Source of the DNA: an uncultured Nitrososphaerales archaeon
Lineage (GTDB): Archaea; Thermoproteota; Nitrososphaeria; Nitrososphaerales; Nitrososphaeraceae
NCBI GenBank assembly: GCA_963695855.1
Contig: CAVOHZ010000010.1
Location: 896,001 to 960,000 of the forward strand
DNA: 64,000 nt
Direction of reading: 5' to 3'
Within the stretch, counting starts at the first letter, position 1. Every line of letters begins with the position of its first letter. The notes under the pieces were generated by a model that searched no databases, was not told where the DNA came from, and saw nothing but the letters and a program-made list of their open reading frames with translations. Both the position numbers and the translations under genes were made by a program. Shown here piece by piece: positions 53,406 through 64,000 of this stretch.

Positions 53406-53778
53406 ACACTTGGTGCAAAATTTTGTATGGGACTAGAATTAGACATTAATAACATAGATCTAAATATTAGACAATTATTATATAACTGAGAAAATATTAA
53501 TCATCTGTTTTGATTTATTCTCATTTAGAATACTTAATTTTAAGTCTGAACCTAGCCAACATAGATAAATGGTATAGACTAATAGATTTTTTATATCCTC
53601 TAGGATAAAATTCAAAATACTAGAAAAAATATTGCAATTCTGTCAGATTTTTTCAAAATATAGATTTCTGATGTACAGTAACATTCTGTATTGAATAATT
53701 ACATTCTAGTTTTTCTCTAATCTTGTAGTAAATTGAATATTAAATTGTAGCTAAGGTATTATTTATTGAGACTACGAC

Positions 53779-53997
53779 TCACAATATCCGACTGTGTATT
53801 ATACTTTCATTTAACATAGATTTGTACTTTCCATTTCGTGGTCTAGTTCTTAACCGTCCTCCACAACAAGGACATGTTGCAATAGGCCACATAATAAAAA
53901 TATTGCATATCTGACAACGTTTTTGACCTAATATGTAACGCTGACCATTTTTAGGTTTTAATGCTTTGTGTCGTAAGCATATGCCCTTACATGTCAT
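53779..53997 (-). CDS. Small Cys-rich zinc-finger protein (thaumarchaeal type)
   Basis: CKGIC...RY..GQKRCQIC...CPCCG.RLRTRPR. Confidence 0.82.
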   Translation of the reverse strand: MTCKGICLRHKALKPKNGQRYILGQKRCQICNIFIMWPIATCPCCGGRLRTRPRNGKYKSMLNESIIHSRIL

Positions 53998-54050
53998 TTT
54001 AAAAACCGTTTATAGTATTCAAATTTTCAGATTTGATTTCTATTGCCGTG

Positions 54051-54371
54051 TTAAAAATGTATGTCATTAAACTTTGTCTCAATCTCGTTTATTCTATCTG
54101 GATAACCTTCTAATTTTCTTAAATCAGAAAAATCTGAATCAGTTTTTATTTTTTCTAAAAATAAAACAATTTCCTCATTTTTTACACCGTGTTTTATATC
54201 GTATTTGATACGATTACAAACTTTATTAAAACCACCATATTTTTTGAAAAGTCGTTTCTGATATGGAGAAGCATTTTCTGGAAGACCTGTCAAATATTTA
54301 ACAACTGTTTTTTCCATATTTTTTACATGCCATTCTCTCATAGGATAATTATTTGGTATCAAAATGACCAT
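54051..54371 (-). CDS. Hypothetical protein
   Basis: 106-aa ORF with normal composition (MREWHV.NMEKTVVKY...IKYDIKHGV). Confidence 0.72.
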   Translation of the reverse strand: MVILIPNNYPMREWHVKNMEKTVVKYLTGLPENASPYQKRLFKKYGGFNKVCNRIKYDIKHGVKNEEIVLFLEKIKTDSDFSDLRKLEGYPDRINEIETKFNDIHF

Positions 54372-55308
54372 TGTTATTTATGAATAAGGGATATATAATA
54401 TGACCTTTTTTAGAGTAAATTTCTACAAAATTCCAAATTATTGTTAATCTTTATTTATATAATGAGGAAAAGAGAATAAAATTGGCTATCAACGTTCTTA
54501 TTATCATTAAATAATAAAATATTATGAAAAAAATAGAAATTTTTAGTAAATTCAAATCATCAAAAAATGGTGAAACACGAGTTGTATTTGATAATAACAA
54601 AGATAAACACCTTGAATACTTTATGAATGGAAGCTGGCGACATAGTCCAAAATGTAAGGAAAATACAAATAAGGTATGTGACAAAATACAAAGATAGTAG
54701 TATGGATCACTCTTTTGTGATTACTTTCTAGATCTATACTTATTTATATCTACAAAAAGAGATCTTGATATAATTTTATGATGTTATAAAAATCGATAAT
54801 TGTTTGATAGCTATATGATTATGATATGTATATTCAATGTTTGTTATGACTTCGATAACCTCAAAGTTTCTTCAAATGGTACCTTAAAAACTCGATCCAT
54901 TTTATTTTTGAATGAATTTCATAGCTTCAAAATGTTACATACACTAAACAATAAAAATCTAAGTAATGCATAACAACACAAGGTAATATCTTATTTTTCT
55001 TCCTATCTAGTATCTAGATCTTACTAAAAAGAAATTTGAAGCTGGAGTTATTTAGATTCTTGGAATAAATTAAACCTAAATTCTTGCAAAATACAAGAAT
55101 TCGATTAATCTACTTCATAAATTCATTTCAGTGAAGTTAGGATCGTTTAAAGATTAAACCTCAGACATATCTGAAGATAAACTGAAAGTTTGATAAAGAT
55201 TTTGAATGTTAACAAGAAATTTTCAAAAAATCTTGTTATTAAATATTCTTATCATTCGACTACTATCACAGAATCATTTCATTTTTTAGCAAAATAATAA
55301 TAGTATTA

Positions 55309-56517
55309 ATGATAACCTGTTCTTGTTTGAATATTAGGGAAGACTCATTAAACCTACATAGGATGCTTAAAGGTAAAATAGAGATTCATAATCGTGTTCC
55401 TGTGGAAAATATCTTTGAAAAAGAAAACGCTCTTATCAATTTGATATACACTCCTGGTGTTGCATATGTTGCGAAAGAAATAAGTAAAGATAAGGAATTA
55501 GCGTATGAATATACTTCGAAATGGAATAATGTTGCAATAATATGTGACGGTACACGTGTGTTGGGTCTAGGCAATATAGGACCTGAGGCTGCAATTCCAG
55601 TTATGGAAGGAAAATCTGTCCTTTTTAAGTTGTTAGGTGGAATAAATGCAATCCCATTATGTATCGCTACACAAGATAAGGAAGAGATAATAAAATTTGT
55701 AAAATCTGTTGAACCGATGTTTGGAGCAATTAACATTGAAGATATCGAATCGCCCAAAGTTTTGGATATTGTAGAACGATTAAAACATGAAATTTCTCTA
55801 CCTGTTTTTCATGATGATCAACATGGGACAGCAATTATTACCTTATCTGCATTACTTAATGCTCTGACTTTATCGGAGAAAAAATTGGAAGATATTCTTG
55901 TGGTAATATTAGGTGCTGGCTCTGCTGGTTATGGTATATATAAGATTCTACATGCAGCTGGATGTACAGATATGGTTGTAGTAGATAGTCATGGATCTAT
56001 TTATGATGGACGTGATCACTTAACTGGCAATCCATATAAACAAGAAATAGCAACCAAAACTAATCGTCGAAAAATTAGTGGAAATCTAGATGAGGTGTTA
56101 AAAGGAGCAGACGTTTTTATCGGAGTTTCAGGAAAAGCTAAAGTTTTAACTAGTCAAATGGTAAAATCGATGAATTTAAATCCGATTATATTTGCGTTAA
56201 CTAATCCAGATCCAGAAATATTTCCAGAGGATGCATTAAAAGCTGGTGCTAAAATAGTTGCTACTGGAAGGTCAGATTTTCCTAATCAAATTAATAACGC
56301 TACTATCTTTCCTTCTGTTCTTAGAGCTTTACTAGATCTACGTATAAAGTATTTAAGTGAAGATCTACTTGTTACTGTGGCTCAATCAATTGCAGGATTG
56401 GTGGATAAACAACAACTTAAAGAAAATTATATAATTCCACAAATTAATGACCAAAGGATACTGCCAATCGTAACTCAAACTATGAAAGGTGTCATGAAAC
56501 AACATCTAACGAAATAA
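55309..56517 (+). CDS. NAD(P)-dependent malic enzyme
   Basis: YTPGVA, DGTRVLGLGNIG, PVMEGK, INIEDI, FHDDQHGTA, GAGSAG, FALTNPDPEI, ATGRSDFPNQINN. Confidence 0.96.
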   Translation: MITCSCLNIREDSLNLHRMLKGKIEIHNRVPVENIFEKENALINLIYTPGVAYVAKEISKDKELAYEYTSKWNNVAIICDGTRVLGLGNIGPEAAIPVMEGKSVLFKLLGGINAIPLCIATQDKEEIIKFVKSVEPMFGAINIEDIESPKVLDIVERLKHEISLPVFHDDQHGTAIITLSALLNALTLSEKKLEDILVVILGAGSAGYGIYKILHAAGCTDMVVVDSHGSIYDGRDHLTGNPYKQEIATKTNRRKISGNLDEVLKGADVFIGVSGKAKVLTSQMVKSMNLNPIIFALTNPDPEIFPEDALKAGAKIVATGRSDFPNQINNATIFPSVLRALLDLRIKYLSEDLLVTVAQSIAGLVDKQQLKENYIIPQINDQRILPIVTQTMKGVMKQHLTK

Positions 56518-56741
56518 ATGATCAATTTAATATTTATCTGACGAAGAAAATCTACTTCATAAGAGTAAATCTAATTCTAATTCAATATGGTTAACATCTT
56601 TATTAAAGACACATAATATTTAGTTTATCTCTTGTGTCCTAGATCAACGTTCAATATTGATGGTTCAACATATTGCATAATAAATTTATGTAAACACTTG
56701 ATAAAAATAAAACTTTATTATACCTCCATTGTTAGAAGTTT

Positions 56742-58351
56742 GAAATGCAAAAATATTTTATTTTATATGTTACATTTGTCTTTATCTTATCAATGTTTTC
56801 TATATACCATAACTTTTTCAATCAGTTTTGCTCAAACAATCGATACATCACATAAATCTGAAAACGTAACTAATTCTTCAACATTATTACATTCTATCCC
56901 TGTCACCACAACACCTATAAAATATATTGTAGTGATATTTCAGGAAAATAATTCATTTGATCATTATTTTACTACATAACCAAACTCTGAAAACCAAGAA
57001 GGAGAGTTGGAGATCATTCCATTAAAAGATACTCCTTTGTAAATGGTTTAACCGAAGCACTTATTATGAATAACAAAAATTTGGTTAAACCATATCGTCT
57101 TGAGCCCTCTTTTGCAACCAAGATTGCCGAATGTGGAAATAACCATACCTATACCCCAATACAAAGGGCACTTAATAGTGGTCTTATGAACAAATTTGTT
57201 TAATATTCTGGACAAAATTATGGTAATTGTGATTCTGAGCAGGTCATGGGTTACTTTGACGGCAATACCGTTACAGCATTATGGAATTATCCACAACATT
57301 ACGCTATGAGTGACTCATTCTATAGTTCTATTCTCGATCCATCCCTCCCAGGACATCTCAATCTTATTTCAGGGCAAACACATGGTGCTTCCCCTTCAAA
57401 CATTGAGAACCTTGTAGTTAATGGTACAGTGATAGATGATTTAGATTCTTTCTATGATGATTGTTCAGAAGGTCAAACTATTTCCTTAAGTTGTAAGAAT
57501 ATAGGATATATATTAAATTAAAAAAATATTACTTAGGGAGGGTTCCAAGGCGGGTTTAAGCCAACTAATTGGATTTCAGAGGATAATAATTCCAGTAAGA
57601 ATAGAAAAGCAGAATGAAATTCTTCATACCAAGATATAGTTGGAAAGAACATTACAGATTATGTAGTACATCACGAACCATTCCAATATTACAGATCGGC
57701 ATCTAATCCTCATCATCTTCAGCCAAGTGGTGTACATATGACAGGTCATACAGCTCAAGCTAATCATCAATACAACATATCCGACTTTTGGAATACCTTA
57801 GATCCCAAAATGTTCCATATGTTAGTTTCTTAAAACCACCGGCATATTAGAATGGGCATTCTGGATACTCTGATCCTTTTGATGAACAAGTATTTATTAC
57901 AAGTACAATTAATAAATTGCAAGAATCACCTGAGTGGAACGAAATGGAAATAATAATTGCATATGATGATTCAGGTGAATGGTACGATCACGAGATGTCT
58001 CCAATCATTATGAATTCTGATCTTCCCCGATATGATCCTTTTTCTGGAGCTGATCTTCTCCGTGGTAGTTCCCTAGATGAAAAAAGTTATGATGGTTGAT
58101 GTGGATACGGGTTGAGATTTCCAATGCTTGTAATATCGCCATTTTCAAAGGAAAATTATGTTAGTCATTATGTTATTGACCAATTTTCTATTATAAAATT
58201 TATTGAAGATAATTGGCAATTAGGAGAAATCTGTGATTTATCGTTTGATTCTATTGCAGGTTCAATAAATGACAAGTTTAATTTTTCAACTGCACATGAT
58301 GCCGGAAAGTTACAATTGGACAAATTAACCGGCCAGATTTCAAGTAACTGA
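56742..58351 (+). pseudogene. Phospholipase C / acid phosphatase (phosphoesterase family), heavily disrupted
   Basis: IKYIVVIFQEN.SFDHYF, VMGYFDG, SLPGHLNLISGQT, HHEPFQY, YDDSG.WYDH and R.P.LVISPFSK across many stops and frameshifts. Confidence 0.88.
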
Positions 58352-58688
58352 AAGAACAATACAAAACAACATGTCACATTGCATATTAAAATATTTTAAT
58401 TTCATGTAACAAAAAGAGTTTATAGAGGTATAATGAAAGTAGCCTACCGCTATACCTTGCCAAATCTTGGCTGAATCATATCTGCAAGAGTCGATAGAAC
58501 AAGGATGTTTAAGATGTCTATAACTAGAAGATCGTGGAGAATCTATCAAAGAAGATAGTAAAAAGTCTTGGCAATAATCTTAGTTGCCCTCAATTGTTAA
58601 ATCACTTTGATATTCCTTTTTAAAAATAACTCAAAGTATCATCAGGTATATTTCATAACTAGTAATCGATAAAGGTTAATTATATAAA

Positions 58689-58961
58689 ATGCTGACTATC
58701 TCTCCACTTATGAAGATGGTAATAAATTGGATTAGGAGAAAGATGTGGAAGCCAAAAGGAAAAATATATAGTTTGAAATGCAATCAATGCAATGAGGGCT
58801 TCTTATCAAGCTATTCGATGGATGCTCCTATATGCGGACATTGTTTACAACGTGTTAAATCTCCTGACGCTACCATAAACACCGAAAAACATTGCAGGGT
58901 GTGTGGTAAAATTGGAACAATACACTCTTCTGATAAATGCGATAGCTGTTATTTTAAGTAG
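58689..58961 (+). CDS. Small protein with several CxxC zinc-finger motifs
   Basis: CNQC, CGHC, CRVC, CDSC. Confidence 0.65.
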   Translation: MLTISPLMKMVINWIRRKMWKPKGKIYSLKCNQCNEGFLSSYSMDAPICGHCLQRVKSPDATINTEKHCRVCGKIGTIHSSDKCDSCYFK

Positions 58962-59303
58962 GTGGAAGAAAATAGTTGGTAGAAATAACAATCAGAGACA
59001 TGTTGACGTAAAAAATTTCCCTCAAAATTGAAAATTACTAAAATGTGAAATAGATTTGATGTTTATTATTTATCTCCAAGACTTAGGTTGACTGTCATGT
59101 GAAATGAATAGAATTATAATAAGTTATTTGGATTAATGTATTTAATTTTCAGGAAATGCTAACAACAATTCGTAGTTTCGAATTGGATAGGTATTTTAAA
59201 AATATATGCTAACTTATTTTAATAATTCTGCTTGACTTATCAATTTGAATATTTATTAAACGTGGGCAAATCTTTCATATAAGCTCAATCTAAATATGTA
59301 TTA

Positions 59304-60104
59304 ATGAATAAAAAGACGATAGATAATTCACAAAAGAGAGTAATATCAGCAACACTATTTACATCCATTTCTGTTTTGGCCTTTGCATTATTTTTCTCTG
59401 TAATCCAAGACGATATTCTCGCGTATTCAGAGTTGCCTTCCTCAGATTTACCGAATAGTACTTTGTTTGTTACTGGATCTGCGACTAGTCATGCAAAATC
59501 AGATAAGGTAATCGTTTCTCTTGGAGTCGAGACTGCAAATCGCACGGCCGAAGAAGCTTTATCTTCCAATTCTAACCTTATGAAGAAAGTTCTTACTAAC
59601 TTAAAAGAAGCAGGTGTGCAGGATAATGAAACAAGTACATCTTCATTTACCATAAATCCAAACTATAATTATTCTGCATACGGAACCCGTGGCGATCTTA
59701 TAGGTTTTACTGTATCCAATTCCATTCAAGTGGATAGCTCACATATTGACCAAGTTTCAAGATGGATAGATACCGCAGTAAAAGCTGGTGCAAACAATAT
59801 CAATAATGTTTATTTTAGCTTATCGGATTCAAAACTCGAAGAGATCAAGGATAGTTTATTAAAAGAATCCATAACTAAAGCCAAAATGAAAGCAGATATA
59901 GTGGCTTCTGCAGCAGGAATGAATATAGTTGGAATCAAATCGATAGCAGTTGGAGGGATTGGATCATCTCCTCCCATACCGTTTCCTGGACCTTCATTTA
60001 CTGCGAAATCTATAGGATCTGAGGCAGATTCATCAACTCCAATTCTAGAAGGTGAACACGAAGTTTCCGTGAGTGTGAGTGTTATCTATATTTTGGATAG
60101 ATAG
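59304..60104 (+). CDS. SIMPL-domain (DUF541) protein
   Basis: N-terminal membrane anchor; VTGSA, LGVET, I.TS..I.PNY, GFTVSN, ID.AV.AGAN.I, A..KA..VA.A.G. Confidence 0.92.
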   Translation: MNKKTIDNSQKRVISATLFTSISVLAFALFFSVIQDDILAYSELPSSDLPNSTLFVTGSATSHAKSDKVIVSLGVETANRTAEEALSSNSNLMKKVLTNLKEAGVQDNETSTSSFTINPNYNYSAYGTRGDLIGFTVSNSIQVDSSHIDQVSRWIDTAVKAGANNINNVYFSLSDSKLEEIKDSLLKESITKAKMKADIVASAAGMNIVGIKSIAVGGIGSSPPIPFPGPSFTAKSIGSEADSSTPILEGEHEVSVSVSVIYILDR

Positions 60105-60824
60105 CCAATCTCATTTTTTTATAATCATCATAATCCTTTAAAATAGAATGCAAGAGTAAGTTGAACTTTTTCTTGATGATGTTATCAGTTTTATATACTT
60201 TATAAAGTTAATTTGCACCGTTTATAAAAAATCTAGTTAATAGATATTCAACTTGAAGATATTATTTGCAAAACCTTACTAATATTAGTTTTAAACTAGG
60301 ATCAAAAATGGGGTTTATAGTTAAGGCATTAATTCGCTCATATCACAGTAGCAAGATAGGAATTAATCCTAAATTTTTAAATTTTCTTGAAAAGAGATTA
60401 TAAATGAATGTGGATTGAGCCTATCCTACAGAAATATATGGCGAAAGAACTTTAATTTCATTTTGCATATTGTGCAAGCAATAAAAGATCTTCATTTGTT
60501 GCAGAACCCCATTTCCTGCAGTTCGATGCTAAAGTGGAATTTCATTCTCCGATAAATTTCGAGGATATTTAACAGGTCGATTAATAATTTCAACAGATAA
60601 TTCGTTTACACGTTACTAATTAGTAGACATGATAATTTTTTTAGTATTCTGCGTAGTATTTGTCAAATAACAGTTCTTGGGATAATTTTCAATAATATGC
60701 AAAGATTTTTTATAATTTTATTTTTATATACCTTGCAATACTTCATTATACCAATATCAAATAGTTTTATGTAAGTTCTCCGTTTGCTAAATTCAATAAA
60801 ATAGATATATGAAACAGGCTTTTT

Positions 60825-62108
60825 CTAATTGGCGATTCGCAGTGATCGAAACTTTACTGGAAGATTACTGACTCCATGTAAAAATACATCATAGAGAGGT
60901 TTCAAAGAGTCCTCACTATAATCATCATCAAATCTTAAATCCTCTAATCTCTCTATTACTTTTCTCAATACTATCTGGGCTTCTAGCTTCGCTAAGGTTG
61001 AACCTAAACAAAAGTGGATTCCATGTCCGAAAGCTATGTGATCGTTGGGGGTTCTATTTATATTAAATTCTTCCGAATTTTGAAAGACTCTTTCATCATG
61101 ATTAGCAGAGCCTATCCATATTACTACCCTTTCTCCTTTTTTCATTTTGTGTCCATGAAAAACCAAATCTTTGATTAAAAAACGAAAAAGTGCCTGAACG
61201 GGGGACCTATAGCGTAACGTTTCTTCTATTGTTAACGGTATCAACGAGTTTTGTTCATCTTTTAATTTCTTAAATTGTTTAGGATATTCAAGTAATGATC
61301 GAATTGTATTGCCTATAAGGTTTATAGTGGTTACGTGGCCAGCTAGCAACAGGAGCGAACAGAATGCAAGGATTTCATCTTTGGATAATTTTCTATTATC
61401 TACTGTAGCTTTTATCAAATTTGAAATAAGATCATTTTGAGGATTTACCTTTCTTTTTTCTATGATGATATTGAAATAAGAATCCATTTCATTCTGAACT
61501 TTTCTGAAAAGTGGCTCTAATTTTCTGTCGAGAAAATTAGTCGTATTTTTATTTGAACCAAGTAATCTATCTGCCCATTGCCTAAATAAATCATGATCTC
61601 TATAAGGAACACCAAGTAGTTCCGCAATAATGGTTACAGGTAAAGGATAAGCTAAATCTTCTATGACATCCATTTGACCTCTTTCGATAACTTGATCTAA
61701 TAGATTATTTGTAGTCTGTTCTATTCTTGGTTTTAAGTTATATATTGTGTTTGGAGTAAAAGCAGAAGATATGACATTCCGTAATTGTCTTTGAAGAGGT
61801 GGATCTAATGTAAGAATACTAGGCCTTACTGTCTGTACTTCATCATTTTCACTATACCTATCTTGATCGTTTTTATTCTTAACCTTGCTTCTCTTTTTTT
61901 CATTTTCTCTTTCCTTCTGTAAAAAAGTTAATCTTTGAATGTCAGACGAAAAAATCTTATAGTTAGAAAGAACTTCCTTCGAATCAGAATAACGAAAAAT
62001 TCCCCATATTTCATTTTTAGAATCATATTCAATATGATGATGACTTCGCATTTTAGCATAAAAGGAGAATGGATTCAAGCGTTCGTCTTGCGATGGAAAA
62101 ACATCCAT
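60825..62108 (-). CDS. Cytochrome P450
   Basis: DPP, AYPLPV.IIAELLG, I-helix AGHVTT, EETLRY, SANHDE, HIAFGHGIHFCLG heme ligand. Confidence 0.96.
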   Translation of the reverse strand: MDVFPSQDERLNPFSFYAKMRSHHHIEYDSKNEIWGIFRYSDSKEVLSNYKIFSSDIQRLTFLQKERENEKKRSKVKNKNDQDRYSENDEVQTVRPSILTLDPPLQRQLRNVISSAFTPNTIYNLKPRIEQTTNNLLDQVIERGQMDVIEDLAYPLPVTIIAELLGVPYRDHDLFRQWADRLLGSNKNTTNFLDRKLEPLFRKVQNEMDSYFNIIIEKRKVNPQNDLISNLIKATVDNRKLSKDEILAFCSLLLLAGHVTTINLIGNTIRSLLEYPKQFKKLKDEQNSLIPLTIEETLRYRSPVQALFRFLIKDLVFHGHKMKKGERVVIWIGSANHDERVFQNSEEFNINRTPNDHIAFGHGIHFCLGSTLAKLEAQIVLRKVIERLEDLRFDDDYSEDSLKPLYDVFLHGVSNLPVKFRSLRIAN

Positions 62109-62558
62109 ATGTTGTCTGATCGTTATTCTATTATAAATATTATCAATGTATTAGATTATCAAACGTTTTCAAAATCTAGAAAAATATTATTTTCTTCTTT
62201 TAAATGTACGTGATAATTGAATTCAGTTAAAATTTTATCATTTACAATTATGTCTAAAATTATATTTAATAAATTTATATGACTTGAATCTAATGATTAG
62301 CTCAATAATATTATGGAATAACTTATTGATGCTTTGTTTTACAACTATGATTATAGTCAATTTTGATTAAAAAGATGGATCAATACTCCTATAAGAATTC
62401 TATTTTATCAATTTGTTTGGGTCAAAAATTTATATCATATAATGATTTTCATAGTTGGGCAACAAACCAAAAATTGGCACCGATTGATGTTCAATGGAGA
62501 TTACTTTCACACTCTATAATTAAAATATTTTTATAAACGTAATTTGTTATATTTTTTT

Positions 62559-63634
62559 ATGGATTCCAATTCTTATAGTTCTATTTCTGAAAAGAAACTT
62601 GAATTCATGCAAAAAGCGTTTGCGGACATATCTAGTAGTATGAGTGTCATGCTTGTGATTCTTGGAGAGAAATTAGTTTATACAAAGCTATGGCAAAATC
62701 TGGACCCATAACGACCTCAGAGTTAGCAGCAAAAGATAACACGTATGAGAGGTATGTCCGAGAATGGTTGGTGGTTGGCATATCAGGCGGCAAGCGGGTA
62801 TGTAATTTATGACCCGAAAAATGGTAAATATTTTCTTCCACCTGAACATGCAATGGCTTTGGCCGATGATAATAGTACTGTGTATTTGCATGATGCTTAT
62901 CCAGTAATGCGTTCTATCTTTAAGATGAAGATAAATTCATTGATATGTTCAAAACCGGGAAGGGCTTGAGATGGAATGACCATCATAATGACTTGTTTGA
63001 AGAAACTTCACTTTTTTTAAATCAAATTATATTTCAAATCTTATAAAATCGTGGATTCCATCACTTGATGGAGTAAAAGAAAGGTTAGAAAAAGGTGCTA
63101 AGGTGGCTGATATTGGCTGTGGATACGGAATATCTACAATTATTATGGCGAAAGAATTTCCTAATTCTATCTTCTTTGGTTTCGATAATCATACACCATC
63201 GATCGAAAAGGCTAAGCATCAAATCCGATTAGACGGATTGGAAGGACGGGTAAAATTTATGACTAATTCTGCCAACGAATCCTTAGAAGGAGATTTTGAA
63301 TTTTGATTTTATGACTTTGATTGTTTGCATGATATGGGTGACCCAGTAGAGGTTATGAAACAGTCTTGGAAATCTCTAAAATCTGATGGAACTTGCATGA
63401 TAGTTGAACCAATGGCAAATAATAAATTAGAAGATAATTTAAATTTAATTGGCAAGAGTTTCTTTGCTGCTTCAACTCTTGTATGTGTACCTAATTCGGT
63501 TGCGCATCATGGTCCGGCACTCGGGGCTCAAGCAGGTGAAAATAAAATGAGATATAATAAAATCGGCAGGTTTTAGTAGATTCAGGAGATCGGCACAGAC
63601 CCCATTTAATATTGTATATGAGGTCAAAAAATGA
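62559..63634 (+). pseudogene. Class I SAM methyltransferase with N-terminal winged helix (Rv2258c-like), frameshifted
   Basis: ERYVREWL, LPPEHA, VADIGCGYG, CLHDMGDP, DGTCMIVEP and LGAQAGE in several frames. Confidence 0.88.
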
Positions 63635-64000
63635 TTTATCATTAACTGTTTTTTCATTTTTGATTTTTCTTTTTTCCTTGAGTACTCATCTGGTAAAATT
63701 GAAAAAATTCTTGTATAAAGTCATAATATAATTAACGACGGTAAAAATACAGTTATCATTTTAGCGGTTAGAGATTAAAATAAGTCAAGCCAGAATTATT
63801 TATCTAGGAGCACTCAATTTAAAACCATTCCCGTTGACTCGTACCATTACAGGAAAAAAGGTAAATTGCTTGCAATAATACTTTATTAACAAATATGCAG
63901 TATTATACGTTATAGAATTGAAACATCATTGTATTTTATTTTGAATATTGAAAAATTATAAGCAATGTGGCATAAATTGTCTGAAATTTAGGAACACACA

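Overview
AT-rich archaeal DNA. The gene content fits a soil-type ammonia-oxidising archaeon (Nitrososphaerota, most like Ca. Nitrosocosmicus; inferred from protein families only). The flanks (about 1-7.6 kb and 53.7-64 kb) carry ordinary chromosomal genes: thioredoxin, cupredoxin, malic enzyme, SIMPL, cytochrome P450 and several pseudogenes. The middle (about 7.7-53.4 kb) is a genomic island built around a tRNA-Val(GAC) gene (12036-12110) followed by a truncated tyrosine-integrase-like gene. The island holds IS5, IS6, IS630 and IS110 elements, secreted and cell-surface genes, duplicated modules and many pseudogenes. The main unannotated signal is a set of about 19 co-oriented non-coding sites between 15.8 and 53.4 kb. 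In the best-preserved copies a short hairpin sits at a fixed distance upstream of a tRNA 3'-end mimic (CCGGCCCA, as in the resident tRNA-Val, or CCCGACGGGCCCG, from another tRNA). The hairpins fall into four unrelated sequence families, and the sites divide the island into modules that are often single genes. This looks like a tRNA-anchored, cassette-accumulating system (integron-like or tycheposon-like). All calls were made by eye and no database searches were run.
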